A DNA stretch of 64,000 nucleotides from Candidatus Kaiserbacteria bacterium (GCA_016186695.1 JACPLC010000006.1:7283-71282), one strand, 5' to 3'; shown: positions 46,791-56,199, counted from the first letter of the stretch. Made by a program: numbers and translations. Notes: generated by a model from the letters alone, not told the origin.

Positions 46791-47463
46791 AACGTTGAGA
46801 CAACTTCAACATCGCATATATCTGTCGAATGACACCAAAAAAGGAGGTTATCTTAACAATCTGGATGGCCATCTTCCAGTCTGCAACAGTACCATTCCAC
46901 CAGCCAACTTTCTCCCTCTTTCTTGTGTTCCGGACCGTATCGAACGGGACGATCGCCAATCGTAAGCCTCGATTGATGAGGTATTTGTTCATGAAAGTCT
47001 CAAGGCCATAAGATGGCAACGCGGCTATTTCCTTCTGATAGTCAGTGATGAGCCTACGCGGTACTAGTCGTTCACCCGAGAGGAAATCAATGCCGATTAT
47101 CCTAAACGTATACGGTGCGTTCCGACGTAAAGAAATGGACCAATCGGCTTTCCCCGAGAGCACAGGCTCCGAGAGTGCCGCAACGTCTGACGAGCTCAGA
47201 TTTTCCAGATCAGCGTCGAGGAGCATGATGAAATCACCTTTTGCTTGAAGCACGCCATGAATAAACGCTTTGCTTTTCCCCACGTTGCGCTCCAAAGCTA
47301 CAAGACGAGCCTGCGGAAATCCGCGAACAACATCTCGTGTGCCATCTTGTGAACCATCATCAACAACGACAACCTCGTCGAGTGAGGGATGTCCAACAAC
47401 GACTCGCAATACGTTGCCAATGCGAGAGGCTTCGTTATAAGCGCAGATAACGCAGGAGATCAT
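46789..47463 (-). CDS. family-2 glycosyltransferase (DPM1-like)
   Basis: MISCVICAYNEASRIGNVLRVVV...EVVVVDDGSQDGT...MLLDADL. Confidence 0.8.
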   Translation of the reverse strand: MISCVICAYNEASRIGNVLRVVVGHPSLDEVVVVDDGSQDGTRDVVRGFPQARLVALERNVGKSKAFIHGVLQAKGDFIMLLDADLENLSSSDVAALSEPVLSGKADWSISLRRNAPYTFRIIGIDFLSGERLVPRRLITDYQKEIAALPSYGLETFMNKYLINRGLRLAIVPFDTVRNTRKREKVGWWNGTVADWKMAIQIVKITSFFGVIRQIYAMLKLSQR

Positions 47464-47537
47464 AGCCGCCGTTTAAACAGAGCCCTCATCCTTGACAGCA
47501 TATCACCTTACTCTCATTTAATTTTTCCCTGCTATTA

Positions 47538-48782
47538 TTGAAGTCCATGATAGAGAGCCTCGTAAAGGAGAGAGACGACTTTGAGAAGCAGTTCAAAAGA
47601 ATCACAACGCTCGAACTTCCGGGAAGAAGCAATAAACCGAACGATGCGACCGTCGTACAAGTTATAGAAGTTGCGCCACCGCAAGAAAAAATCACGAATC
47701 CGCGAAGGCTAGTATTCGCGACGGCATTTGTCCACGTCTTGAAGGCCTACAAGCCGCTATTGCACGCTCTCTACAGCGAGGGCAGATCGACCCTTACATT
47801 TGATCATCCCCGAGCGGGCGGCGTACTGCCTGATCTTCCGCAAGACGAGTACGAAGCCGTTAAAGATTTTCTCAACAACGAATCTGAAAGAGGTATAACG
47901 GCTCCGGAGGAAGTCCGCGCGGCCCGCATATTGCTCGATGTGCTCGCCTCAAGAAATGAGGTGCAGGTCGACATGTTAACGCATTCGAGAGGTTTTGGGT
48001 ACAGCGTTGTAGCTGCGCTCATAGATAACGTACGCGCCAAGAAAGAAGGTAGGCTGAATAGGATTCGGAACATTGTTGCCTCGGGCCCGAATGGTCTCAT
48101 GGGTGAGGACACCATGTATGAAGTCGCAAAACGAGCACTCGCTGAAGATACAACCCAGATTAACTTTGGACCCGATTTCGGACACCCATCGATCTCCATG
48201 GACGATCTTGCGTACAAGGTGGCAATGGATCGTCTAGAGAAAGTGCAGAAAGGAGAGTTGCCGATAGATACGGAGATAGACGCCACGAAGATACGGGAAG
48301 AGTTAGAAAAAATGAAAGCGCGAGCAAAGGCTCGCGGTATCACAGAGTATGGTCCCCCCGACACAGAAACGCTGGAATCAATAAAAGAAGCGGCAACGCT
48401 CGTAGACCCTGAGACGTATATACTGGGCCGAGAAGATGCTAGAGCAAACATAAAAAAGGGACTCTTTTCGTATCTCTCTAAGGAGAGTCGCCAAGGTATC
48501 AAGCGCTCGCTGCGGGAGTGGGCTGGTCTTTCTCGCGTCAAATTGAACGACATCCTCCCAAAACTTCGTGAACTGGATATCGGCATCGCAATAGTTCGTG
48601 GGACTGACGACAAGGTTTTCCCGTCAGAAAGAATTGCGCTGTATATGAAAACTCTTCGTGAGTTTGGCATCCTTGATATCCAAATGACTGCAGTGCACGA
48701 CTCTGTAAACCGTGATCCGCGCGTGGCACATATTCTGAACGGCGTTTTCACCCAGCTCGAGCAGCAGCGATCTTTGCATTAA
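47538..48782 (+). CDS. alpha/beta-hydrolase-fold protein (cytoplasmic, with large insertion)
   Basis: Nucleophile elbow THSRGFG. Acid GTDDKVFP. His AVHDSV. No signal peptide. Confidence 0.5.
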   Translation: MKSMIESLVKERDDFEKQFKRITTLELPGRSNKPNDATVVQVIEVAPPQEKITNPRRLVFATAFVHVLKAYKPLLHALYSEGRSTLTFDHPRAGGVLPDLPQDEYEAVKDFLNNESERGITAPEEVRAARILLDVLASRNEVQVDMLTHSRGFGYSVVAALIDNVRAKKEGRLNRIRNIVASGPNGLMGEDTMYEVAKRALAEDTTQINFGPDFGHPSISMDDLAYKVAMDRLEKVQKGELPIDTEIDATKIREELEKMKARAKARGITEYGPPDTETLESIKEAATLVDPETYILGREDARANIKKGLFSYLSKESRQGIKRSLREWAGLSRVKLNDILPKLRELDIGIAIVRGTDDKVFPSERIALYMKTLREFGILDIQMTAVHDSVNRDPRVAHILNGVFTQLEQQRSLH

Positions 48783-48889
48783 GTGCTATTCAATCTTATA
48801 CATCGGCCTGATAGCGAGGAGATAGATATTCGCTATGCCAAAAACAACCACGAGCGTCCAGGTGCTCTCCAACGAATATCCAAGCAGGC

Positions 48890-49696
48890 TCAGGAGGCTC
48901 TGGCAAATTGATCGATCTCGGCGGCAACCTCTTCGACATTGTTCACGACAAGGATGTGGTTACCGTTCTCTAAAACTACGAGTTTTGCACTGGGCATCAA
49001 CGTGAGCAATTCCTTAGCGTTACGTATGGGAATAACCGTATCTCGTTTTCCGTGTATCAGAAGCACGGGAATCTTAATACCGAACCACCAATCTCTTGTA
49101 TCGCGCGAGTATATCTGGCGCATGCAAAAAACATAAACACGGGCGCTCGTTAGGCGAATGTCCGAGAGAATGCGGCGCGGACTCCAATCCCATGTAGGTG
49201 CGTATTTCGCATAATCCAAGCGCCCCCTTCCTTGCTCCGTAAACGGCAGTATGAGAGAAAGCAGGCCAAACACCGCGACAGCAGCAAAGCCGATCGGTAA
49301 CCACCACGCCCCCGATGCGCCATAGGTCGGGCTAAGAAAAACGGCAGAAGAAAATCTCTCGGGTGCTTGCTTAATCGCTGCGAGCGCGAGCAATGAGCCA
49401 AGCGAATGCCCGACGAGAATACATCGCTCTATACCGGTATATGTAAGGAGCGCGATGATGTCATCACCCATCAACTCGGGCGCATAGGTATTATAGAAAA
49501 AGAATTTCCGCGATTTACCGTGACCGCGTAGATCAAAGGTGAGTATATTGTATTTGTCTTCAAAGATTCTTTCGTACGGATACCATGCCGAGCAGCTCCC
49601 CGAGAGTCCGTGGACAAAGACGAGCGTCGGCCTGTCGCCTCGGAATTGATTGCTGCGAAAACTCAGTCCACGTTCCTCAAAAAAGTTCTCCCTCAT
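48890..49696 (-). CDS. alpha/beta hydrolase
   Basis: LVFVHGLSGS...GHGKS...VGHSLGSLLAL...IHGKRDTVIP. Confidence 0.8.
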   Translation of the reverse strand: MRENFFEERGLSFRSNQFRGDRPTLVFVHGLSGSCSAWYPYERIFEDKYNILTFDLRGHGKSRKFFFYNTYAPELMGDDIIALLTYTGIERCILVGHSLGSLLALAAIKQAPERFSSAVFLSPTYGASGAWWLPIGFAAVAVFGLLSLILPFTEQGRGRLDYAKYAPTWDWSPRRILSDIRLTSARVYVFCMRQIYSRDTRDWWFGIKIPVLLIHGKRDTVIPIRNAKELLTLMPSAKLVVLENGNHILVVNNVEEVAAEIDQFARAS

Positions 49697-50214
49697 GACT
49701 TTTGTTCTAGAACATATATGGGTCTGATGAGAAGCAGGTGGATATTAGCGATCGCGAAAGCGACCACCGCCATCCAGACACTCTCCAGTGGATATCCAAG
49801 GACCACCCCTCCCCAGGCGGCTCCACATGCGGCAGCTCCTACGAGATTAACCCGGATCTTACGCCGCAGAATTTTTTCGTACGAAGTATGTTTGAGGAGA
49901 AAGACATATTTCACTGATGCGACAAGAAAAAGACCGAGTGCGATAAGAAAGAACCTGACCTCATCATTCATGGAAAAAGCGAGCAGAAGATAGAATGCGA
50001 GAAGAACTGTATCTATGACCTTCTGTAAAAGGTCAGCGGGTAGGAGAGACGAGAAAAATCGCACGGAAAAGAATGTGTTGAGGATGAGTAGAGCGTAAAA
50101 AACTGCGAGTGGAATTCCTGTTGGTTCCCACCAGATTTGTTCAAAGTAGAAACTAGCGAGTCCGGCGATCGCAAAAATAATGGTGGCAAGACCAGCTCTA
50201 AGTGTTGAAGACAT
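49693..50214 (-). CDS. polytopic membrane protein (about 5 TM), unknown function
   Basis: Hydrophobic 173-aa ORF. It lies between a GT2 gene and a hydrolase gene, so it looks operonic. Confidence 0.5.
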   Translation of the reverse strand: MSSTLRAGLATIIFAIAGLASFYFEQIWWEPTGIPLAVFYALLILNTFFSVRFFSSLLPADLLQKVIDTVLLAFYLLLAFSMNDEVRFFLIALGLFLVASVKYVFLLKHTSYEKILRRKIRVNLVGAAACGAAWGGVVLGYPLESVWMAVVAFAIANIHLLLIRPIYVLEQKS

Positions 50215-50248
50215 TGCGCAAAATACTGTTTACATTGCTCAAAATACC

Positions 50249-51004
50249 CTAGTGTCGCACGTCTTGATAAGTGTTGTGGAATGATTTCCCGAAAATCAGA
50301 CCCCAGAAATAGTTGATCGTGTAGCGAAACGCCGTGACAATCATGCCCTCTCGCTGTATACGGCGCGCAGACGAGTATACGGGAAGTTTGAATGTAAAGA
50401 TAACTTTCCCAACTTTGACTATTCGCCGGCCAATATCACTGTCTTCTCCATAAAATTCAATACGCCTGTCGTACCCACCGATTTCTTGCAGAGCTCGTCG
50501 TCGTACCACATAGTTTCCCCCTTGAAGAAAGGCGCCCGTGCCAAACAACGCCTTGGTCATTCCCTGAGAAACAAAGACCAGAACATACCAAAACCACACT
50601 AAGAACCTCTTCGTTCGCGATTCGAGATCATAGTGAATGAAAGGTCCGCTTAGCGCGACAAGGCTGGGATCACTCGAAAATGCATCCATCACTTTCTTTA
50701 ACCACCCCGTAGAAAGTCTTGAGTCAGCGTCGATATTCGCGACGAGGTCTCCCGAAGAGGCAAGGAACCCTGCGCTCCTAGCCCACACTAACCCCTTGTG
50801 TGGTTCGTCAATAACTTTTACCTCAGGGTACGAACGAGCAACAGCTGCCGTTTTATCCGTCGAAGCGTTATTAACTACGATGATTTCTATAGGATAGGGG
50901 TTGCTTTTGCCTTCGCGTTTAATGGATTCTATGCACTCGCCGACATAGTCTTGCTCATTATATGCGGGGATCACGAAGCTCAATTTCATATGTGATGTCG
51001 GCAT
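50249..51004 (-). CDS. family-2 glycosyltransferase
   Basis: KLSFVIPAYNEQDYV...IIVVNNASTDKT...NIDADS. Confidence 0.8.
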   Translation of the reverse strand: MPTSHMKLSFVIPAYNEQDYVGECIESIKREGKSNPYPIEIIVVNNASTDKTAAVARSYPEVKVIDEPHKGLVWARSAGFLASSGDLVANIDADSRLSTGWLKKVMDAFSSDPSLVALSGPFIHYDLESRTKRFLVWFWYVLVFVSQGMTKALFGTGAFLQGGNYVVRRRALQEIGGYDRRIEFYGEDSDIGRRIVKVGKVIFTFKLPVYSSARRIQREGMIVTAFRYTINYFWGLIFGKSFHNTYQDVRH

Positions 51005-51135
51005 TAAAGATTATCTAGCAAACCCCTGGACCTTTCGCGAAGATAAGCTTCTGGATCACACTTGCATTATACCGAGTTGGGGCAATCGCCGGAAACCCGA
51101 CACACGCAATCGTGTGAACGGGCAGGTCGAACCCT

Positions 51136-51181
51136 AAACTTGGGCGACTGTCGAAAATTGAACTTCAAACTTGGGTGACCG
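51136..51181. repeat. 15-nt direct repeat of tRNA-His 3' end/flank (aaacttgggCgacTg / aaacttgggTgacCg), 31 nt apart
   Basis: Read directly. The second copy overlaps the last 8 nt of the tRNA-His gene. Resembles an att-site-like partial tRNA duplication. Confidence 0.5.
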
Positions 51182-51246
51182 GCGGGACTTGCACCCGCAA
51201 CCGCCTGGACCACAACCAGGAACTCTACTGTTGAGCTACGGCCACC
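51174..51246 (-). tRNA. tRNA-His (anticodon GTG) with encoded G-1, no encoded CCA
   Basis: Reverse complement is G-GUGGCCG UA GCUC AACAGUA GAGU U CCUGG UUGUGGU CCAGG CGGUU GCGGG UGCAAGU CCCGC CGGUCAC C. Anticodon loop UUGUGGU. Extra 5' G pairs with C73. Confidence 0.85.
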
Positions 51247-51247
51247 A

Positions 51248-51751
51248 TTACGATCGGGGCTTTAGGAGACCGCGATCACGTCCCACATCATAATGGTGAA
51301 CGAGAAAATGGCAATTATGACAGAGCCACGCAAGGTTATCTCCGGAATTATTCAGTCGATTACGATCTTTGTGGTGGACAGCCAAAATTCGCGTGTCAGA
51401 AGTCTTGCATACCTCGCAAACTTTCTCCCGCTTTGTTCGATTGAGCGCTGTAACCGAAGCGGAGCTCGAATGCCCATCCTTCCAACTCTTGTTATTCGGT
51501 CCGAAGAAGACCTGATTTCTCCAAATCGTCTGGCATGATTTATTGCAAAAATATTTCTTGTGCTTCGCTAGCCGCAAGCGTTTAGGGGATCTATAAAGTT
51601 CTTTGCCGCATGTGCCACATGCGACGTATTTGCCGGAGCGAATCGCAGCGTAGTGACAAGCATTCGAACAATACTTGCCGCCCCCTCTTCTGACTAAGAA
51701 AGGCTTTCTTTTAAACTCCTGCCGGCAGACTGTACATATGTAAATAGCCAC
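51248..51751 (-). CDS. HNH endonuclease with N-terminal Cys-rich zinc-finger region
   Basis: C-terminal HNH motif ...VCEVCKTSDTRILAVHHKDRNRLNNSGDNLAWLCHNCHFLVHH. Several CxxC pairs N-terminally. GC is lower than the core. GTG start lies directly after GGAG. Confidence 0.8.
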   Translation of the reverse strand: MAIYICTVCRQEFKRKPFLVRRGGGKYCSNACHYAAIRSGKYVACGTCGKELYRSPKRLRLAKHKKYFCNKSCQTIWRNQVFFGPNNKSWKDGHSSSASVTALNRTKREKVCEVCKTSDTRILAVHHKDRNRLNNSGDNLAWLCHNCHFLVHHYDVGRDRGLLKPRS

Positions 51752-51763
51752 TCCTAGAGCATA

Positions 51764-51800
51764 TCACATGGTCTTCTGAATTTTTCAGAAGACCATGTGA
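51764..51800. promoter_or_regulatory. perfect 37-bp palindrome (17-bp arms, 3-nt spacer) immediately upstream of the HNH gene RBS
   Basis: tcacatggtcttctgaa-ttt-ttcagaagaccatgtga. It ends 9 nt before AGGAG/GTG of the HNH ORF. No U-tract follows on either strand. Confidence 0.55.
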
Positions 51801-51891
51801 ACATCTTGGCAGAAATTTCCGGAACACGCGACGCCGCCCCGTGAGAGAAGCGTACGCTTTCCGCACGGGGCGACGTCAAAAAGCACGAGGT

Positions 51892-52281
51892 CTACATTGT
51901 TGCCGGTTGCGCTCCGCTTGCCATACTGCTTCCTTCCTTCAAGCCGAAGCCGGCCCAAAGAGCCACGGCCGCGATCACAAGGTGCAGCACGTGGTCGGCC
52001 GTGTTGGTCGCGATAAGCCCCAAAACGGTGTCGCCTTGTAGAAAGCCCACCACCGCCACGACGGCGTATACAACGCCAAATACCTGAAAGTACAGGCGGG
52101 CGTAGTTCCCTGCAAGCACTGCACCGAGTGCAAGAATTCCCGAGAGAAGATGGATAATGTTGTGGAGCGGATCCACCTCAAATATCCCGAGGAGGCTGCC
52201 GCCCGGCGTGAGAGCCGGCACGAAACCTAAAGCGCCGACGACAACAAACACGATCCCGAAAACCCACGCGAGTTTCTGAAC
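51892..52281 (-). CDS. small 4-TM membrane protein
   Basis: MVQKLAWVFGIVFVVVGALGFVPA... Four hydrophobic segments. Confidence 0.5.
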   Translation of the reverse strand, partial: VQKLAWVFGIVFVVVGALGFVPALTPGGSLLGIFEVDPLHNIIHLLSGILALGAVLAGNYARLYFQVFGVVYAVVAVVGFLQGDTVLGLIATNTADHVLHLVIAAVALWAGFGLKEGSSMASGAQPATM

Positions 52282-52325
52282 CATACATGGTCTATCTAGT
52301 CTGCCGCTAAATCGACCTTTCACCC

Positions 52326-53435
52326 CTAGCGTACCACGAGCTCTATGGGCACCGGCTCAAGAACGTTGACAACTTCAAATGTAACCCTCCCGATAAGCTG
52401 TCCGAACTCTGTCACGACGTTTACCTGCCACTTTCCTTCGCTCGCCTGGAACTTGATTGAGTAGCCGCGGTAGCCGCCATCACGCCCTCCCACGATAAAG
52501 TAGGGAATTGTCTCCTCTGTTGCCCACTTCCCGGAGCGCCCATCGTAGTACTGCCACTCGTGGGAGATTGTCGTTGAAAGTCCGGTCGGTGCGAAAATTG
52601 CCGTATAGACGTACACGGGTTCGTCCGGTGACCGATGAAAGGTCGTGTTGTATCGGAGATACGCTTCGTACCAGGGTGTCGGCTCCGCGAGAAGCCGATA
52701 CTCGTCATCAATGCGCACCGCTCCGTGATACACGCCGGCGTCCTTGAGAGCAAGCGGGAGTGGCGGAATGGCACCGGTAAAGTAGAGCGCGTTGAAAATG
52801 AGAAAGATCACCGCTACGGAGCGCGCAACACGCGTTCGCTCGGACCTCGCACGCTCAGGTACAAGGCGCGAGAGACCATAGAAAAACGTCACGATGACGA
52901 GAAGGCTTACGAAACCGCTTGCGACAAACACGTATGGTCCTATCTTCCCAAAGACTACGGGCAGAAAGAAGATGAAAAACGAGAAGAGGACTACGAAAAA
53001 CATGCTGAACTGGAAGACAAAGCGCGTGTAGAGGCGTACGAACCGTTCGTTCCCGATGAGAAGCGCGGCGAGAATGAAAATGAAAATCCAGCTGATTTGC
53101 AGGGCAGCACTCCTCGAGTACAAAGAAAGGTAGGCTGTGAACAGCCCACCGAATGCAAATTGCGCAACGACGGGAATGAGCGGCAACACCTTGAGAATCC
53201 ACGGGCGCGAAAGACGCCCTGTTTCGATCAAGTTCATCGCGACGATCGAGGACGCGGCAACCGCCAGATAGAAAAAGAGGACGGCGTTCGTTGTCCAGAG
53301 ATCTACCCGCCGCAAAAGCACAAAATAATCGAAAACAAGAGCCGCGATCAGGGCAAGCGGCGAAATATTGCGCATGTACCAATGCGCCAGCTCTTCTACG
53401 TTTTTGGGGAGTTTCTGCAGGTACTTTCTGACCAT
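52326..53435 (-). CDS. polytopic membrane protein with C-terminal extracytoplasmic beta-domain, unknown function
   Basis: About 6 TM segments in the N-terminal 220 aa. The C-terminal 150 aa is soluble (…WQYYDGRSGKWATEETIPYFIVGG...). Confidence 0.5.
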   Translation of the reverse strand: MVRKYLQKLPKNVEELAHWYMRNISPLALIAALVFDYFVLLRRVDLWTTNAVLFFYLAVAASSIVAMNLIETGRLSRPWILKVLPLIPVVAQFAFGGLFTAYLSLYSRSAALQISWIFIFILAALLIGNERFVRLYTRFVFQFSMFFVVLFSFFIFFLPVVFGKIGPYVFVASGFVSLLVIVTFFYGLSRLVPERARSERTRVARSVAVIFLIFNALYFTGAIPPLPLALKDAGVYHGAVRIDDEYRLLAEPTPWYEAYLRYNTTFHRSPDEPVYVYTAIFAPTGLSTTISHEWQYYDGRSGKWATEETIPYFIVGGRDGGYRGYSIKFQASEGKWQVNVVTEFGQLIGRVTFEVVNVLEPVPIELVVR

Positions 53436-53438
53436 AGT

Positions 53439-54005
53439 CTACGCGACGTCGCGGTAGGCGGGCGGTTTTTCGACAATGCCGGCACGGTGATTTGCGAGCC
53501 GCGTAAGCGCGTAGAAAAGCGAGGAAAGCCGGTTGGCATACGCGCGGCTCGACTCCGAGATGGCACGTTCTCCCGATTCATGGAGCGTCACGAGTCGGCG
53601 CTCCGCGCGCCGCGAAATCGCCCGCGCGATATCGAGCCGCGCGGAAAATTCCGTCCCGCCAGGAACCAAAAAAGTTTTTATCTCCGGAAGTTCTTTTTCT
53701 ATCTCATTGATGAGCGCACTTAAGGTCTCGACGCTTGCTTGTGATACAGATTTCGGCGCACCAGCCGCTTCTGCTTGTATCGTAAACAAGTAATCCTGCA
53801 CTTCGTGCAGAAGCTCTCTGCCACTCCGACCAATAACTTCGAAATCTTGCGGGCACGCGACCTTGCACCATCCGACGACCGTATTCAGCTCATCAAGCTG
53901 TCCCAAGCATTCAAAAATAGAAGAAGATTTGGAAATTCGTTGCCCTTGCGGCGTATCAAAAAGTTTCGTTGTTCCTTTGTCTCCCTTTCCGGTAAAGAGC
54001 GCCAT
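53439..54005 (-). CDS. ATP:cob(I)alamin adenosyltransferase, PduO-type
   Basis: MALFTGKGDKGTTKLFDTP...SIFECLGQLDELN... canonical PduO/MMAB N-terminus and helical bundle. Confidence 0.75.
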   Translation of the reverse strand: MALFTGKGDKGTTKLFDTPQGQRISKSSSIFECLGQLDELNTVVGWCKVACPQDFEVIGRSGRELLHEVQDYLFTIQAEAAGAPKSVSQASVETLSALINEIEKELPEIKTFLVPGGTEFSARLDIARAISRRAERRLVTLHESGERAISESSRAYANRLSSLFYALTRLANHRAGIVEKPPAYRDVA

Positions 54006-54488
54006 GCCTGTCACACGAAACGGCATGGCTTCGCAGAAGTCTGCCCTTTCGAGATAAATCTAGTAAACAACGTAAAGATATAATGCCTTACTCGCGCTAC
54101 ACTTTTGTATGCTGTTTCGTGTGTCCAGGCCATGCGTGCATCATAACAAAAGAAGGCGGCCCTGCTTCTCACGCAGAGCCCCCTAATAAACTGCAACAAC
54201 TACGATCATCGCAGTCAGCAGAATCAAAAACGCTGTTCCCATGTGGCCGCGCCGCGCCATTTCGCCTCCGATGAGTGCGAGAATAACGAACGCAAGTGTC
54301 GCGAGCACCGGAACTGCCGGAGTGTACATGGCACACCTCACACAACTGTTACTGACTGCATTCCGTATACACGCGCCGTTGCGGCGCGTCAAGAAAATCC
54401 TTTGTGCGCGGGAGAGGATTTGCACCTCCACGCCCGTAAGGGCACTGGCCCCTCGAGCCAGCGTGTCTGCTGTTTCACCACCCGCGCA

Positions 54489-55151
54489 TTACAACTGCTC
54501 GCCGATTATACGCAGTGCTTTCTCTATCTTCAAGCGCTTCCTCCTAAGGCACAACACGTCCCCCTGATAATAGACTTTCTTGAGCAGTTTCAAAGAATCG
54601 GCCTTGGCATATTTGAGCTGGATCGTCGTACCCTTCGCATCCCGAGTTACGTGTCCTTCTACCCCTATCTTCCTCGAAATCAAAGAGCGCAACCAGGTGA
54701 TATGTTTCTCGCTTGCAGAAACAAAAGTTGTATAGAACATAAAACTTGATTTCCACCTAGGGTCCCAATATGAATAAAATGTTCCGTCTCCATCTAAGTG
54801 ACCCCGAAGAAAATCCCAGAAATATTTTGGGGGAATCTGCACTTCTCTAATAATCTTTGTCTTATTGGGCATGAGCCCTATGGACAAGAGAAAACTATAC
54901 AGAATAACATTCCCAAACTGAATACGCGGAGTTCTTGTGCCAGTGTAGCCCGAGGATGTCGCGCCGACTGAAACCTCAATATTCAAGGCGTGCATGATAT
55001 TTCTGAGCTGTTCAGCATCGCTAGACACAAAAATGATATGCCTGCCATCGTTGGACAAGCAGCCATCTGTCACGAGAAGTCCGATTGCGTACGCAAGATT
55101 AGGTGTCCACTCAATCCTTTTTCCTTTCGGCTTCCTTCCCCGTCTTGCCAT
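54489..55151 (-). CDS. free-standing double-motif LAGLIDADG homing endonuclease
   Basis: Motif 1 LAYAIGLLVTDGCL. Motif 2 FWDFLRGHLDGDGTF. Local GC is markedly lower than the neighbours. Intergenic, between rplS and a PduO-type gene. Confidence 0.8.
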   Translation of the reverse strand: MARRGRKPKGKRIEWTPNLAYAIGLLVTDGCLSNDGRHIIFVSSDAEQLRNIMHALNIEVSVGATSSGYTGTRTPRIQFGNVILYSFLLSIGLMPNKTKIIREVQIPPKYFWDFLRGHLDGDGTFYSYWDPRWKSSFMFYTTFVSASEKHITWLRSLISRKIGVEGHVTRDAKGTTIQLKYAKADSLKLLKKVYYQGDVLCLRRKRLKIEKALRIIGEQL

Positions 55152-55232
55152 CAGTGTAATTATATGGCAGCTCAAGTATATAGCGTCTACCAATTGTTGA
55201 TAAATAAAAAAACCTATACTCGAGAACTCTAC

Positions 55233-55700
55233 TCACTTTTTCTCGGGAGTACCAGTTTCTGCGGTAACGGGCTCAGCTTTTTTTGCCTCGGACTCTGCCT
55301 CTTCGGGACGTGCCGCCTCTACCTGCTCAGCCGAGAGAGAACTGCCTACAAGGCGCGTACGGCGAAGCTGTCGGCGCGCTTCGCGCGCAACTTTCTCGCG
55401 GATGTAGTAGAGCTTCGCGCGGCGCACGCGGCTGCGCTTCAGGGTTTCGATCTTTTCTATCATCGGAGAGTAGAGCGGGAAAATCTTTTCGACGCCGACA
55501 CCGGAGAGAACACGCCGCACTGTGAAGGTCGCGCCGGCCTCCACCCCATGCTTGCGCGCGAGTACGAGGCCCTCAAACGCCTGCAGGCGGTATTTTCCTT
55601 TTTCCTCCTCGATCTTCTGCCACACGCGCACCGTATCTCCCGGCCGGAGGTCGAGATTCTTGCGCGATTCCATATCAACGGGCGAAATTTTTACTGCCAT
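55233..55700 (-). CDS. rplS: 50S ribosomal protein L19 with C-terminal extension
   Basis: ...[47 protein letters not shown]...[15 protein letters not shown]. Confidence 0.9.
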   Translation of the reverse strand: MAVKISPVDMESRKNLDLRPGDTVRVWQKIEEEKGKYRLQAFEGLVLARKHGVEAGATFTVRRVLSGVGVEKIFPLYSPMIEKIETLKRSRVRRAKLYYIREKVAREARRQLRRTRLVGSSLSAEQVEAARPEEAESEAKKAEPVTAETGTPEKK

Positions 55701-55726
55701 GACGGGGCACTATACCATTCGCGTCC

Positions 55727-56005
55727 CTAGAAAACAACATCGAACGAAGAGAATTTCTGTGAGGGTGTTCGCCACTCGACGTCGATGTCCGAAACGCGGG
55801 CGAGAAAAGGGCCTTTGCGCGCATGCTCAAGAAATTTCTCGAGTTTGTCGTTATAGCCCTGCGCGACAATTTCCACCGTAAAGTTGGGCATGTTGCGCAC
55901 AAAGCCGGTGAGTGCAAGGTGCCGCGCGTGCTTTGCAACGAAGTCACGGTAGAAAACTCCCTGTACTTTTCCTTTCACGACACATCGCACTTCTTCGACT
56001 TCCAT
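55727..56005 (-). CDS. acyP: acylphosphatase
   Basis: VKGKVQGVFYRDFVAKHARHLALTGFVRNMPNFTVEIVAQG. Confidence 0.85.
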   Translation of the reverse strand: MEVEEVRCVVKGKVQGVFYRDFVAKHARHLALTGFVRNMPNFTVEIVAQGYNDKLEKFLEHARKGPFLARVSDIDVEWRTPSQKFSSFDVVF

Positions 56006-56006
56006 G

Positions 56007-56078
56007 TGCGCGGTGAGGGATTTGAACCCCCGGCCTTCGCTGTGTAAAAGCGCCGCTCTACCGCTGAGCTAACCACGC
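56007..56078 (-). tRNA. tRNA-Val (anticodon TAC), no encoded CCA
   Basis: Reverse complement is GCGUGGU UA GCUC AGCGGUA GAGC .. CGCU UUUACAC AGCG .. GGGGG UUCAAAU CCCUC ACCGCGC A. Confidence 0.75.
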
Positions 56079-56100
56079 GCGTGCGTCTTGAAACGCCGTG

Positions 56101-56172
56101 CGCCCCCACCAGGAGTCGAACCCAGATCAACGCCTTAGAAGAGCGCTGCTCTATCCATTGAGCTATGGGGGC
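56101..56172 (-). tRNA. tRNA-Arg (anticodon TCT), no encoded CCA
   Basis: Reverse complement is GCCCCCA UA GCUC AAUGGAU AGAGC A GCGCU CUUCUAA GGCGU UGAUC UGGGU UCGACUC CUGGU GGGGGC G. Confidence 0.8.
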
Positions 56173-56199
56173 TTGCCTGCATCGTATAACTTCCTGGGT

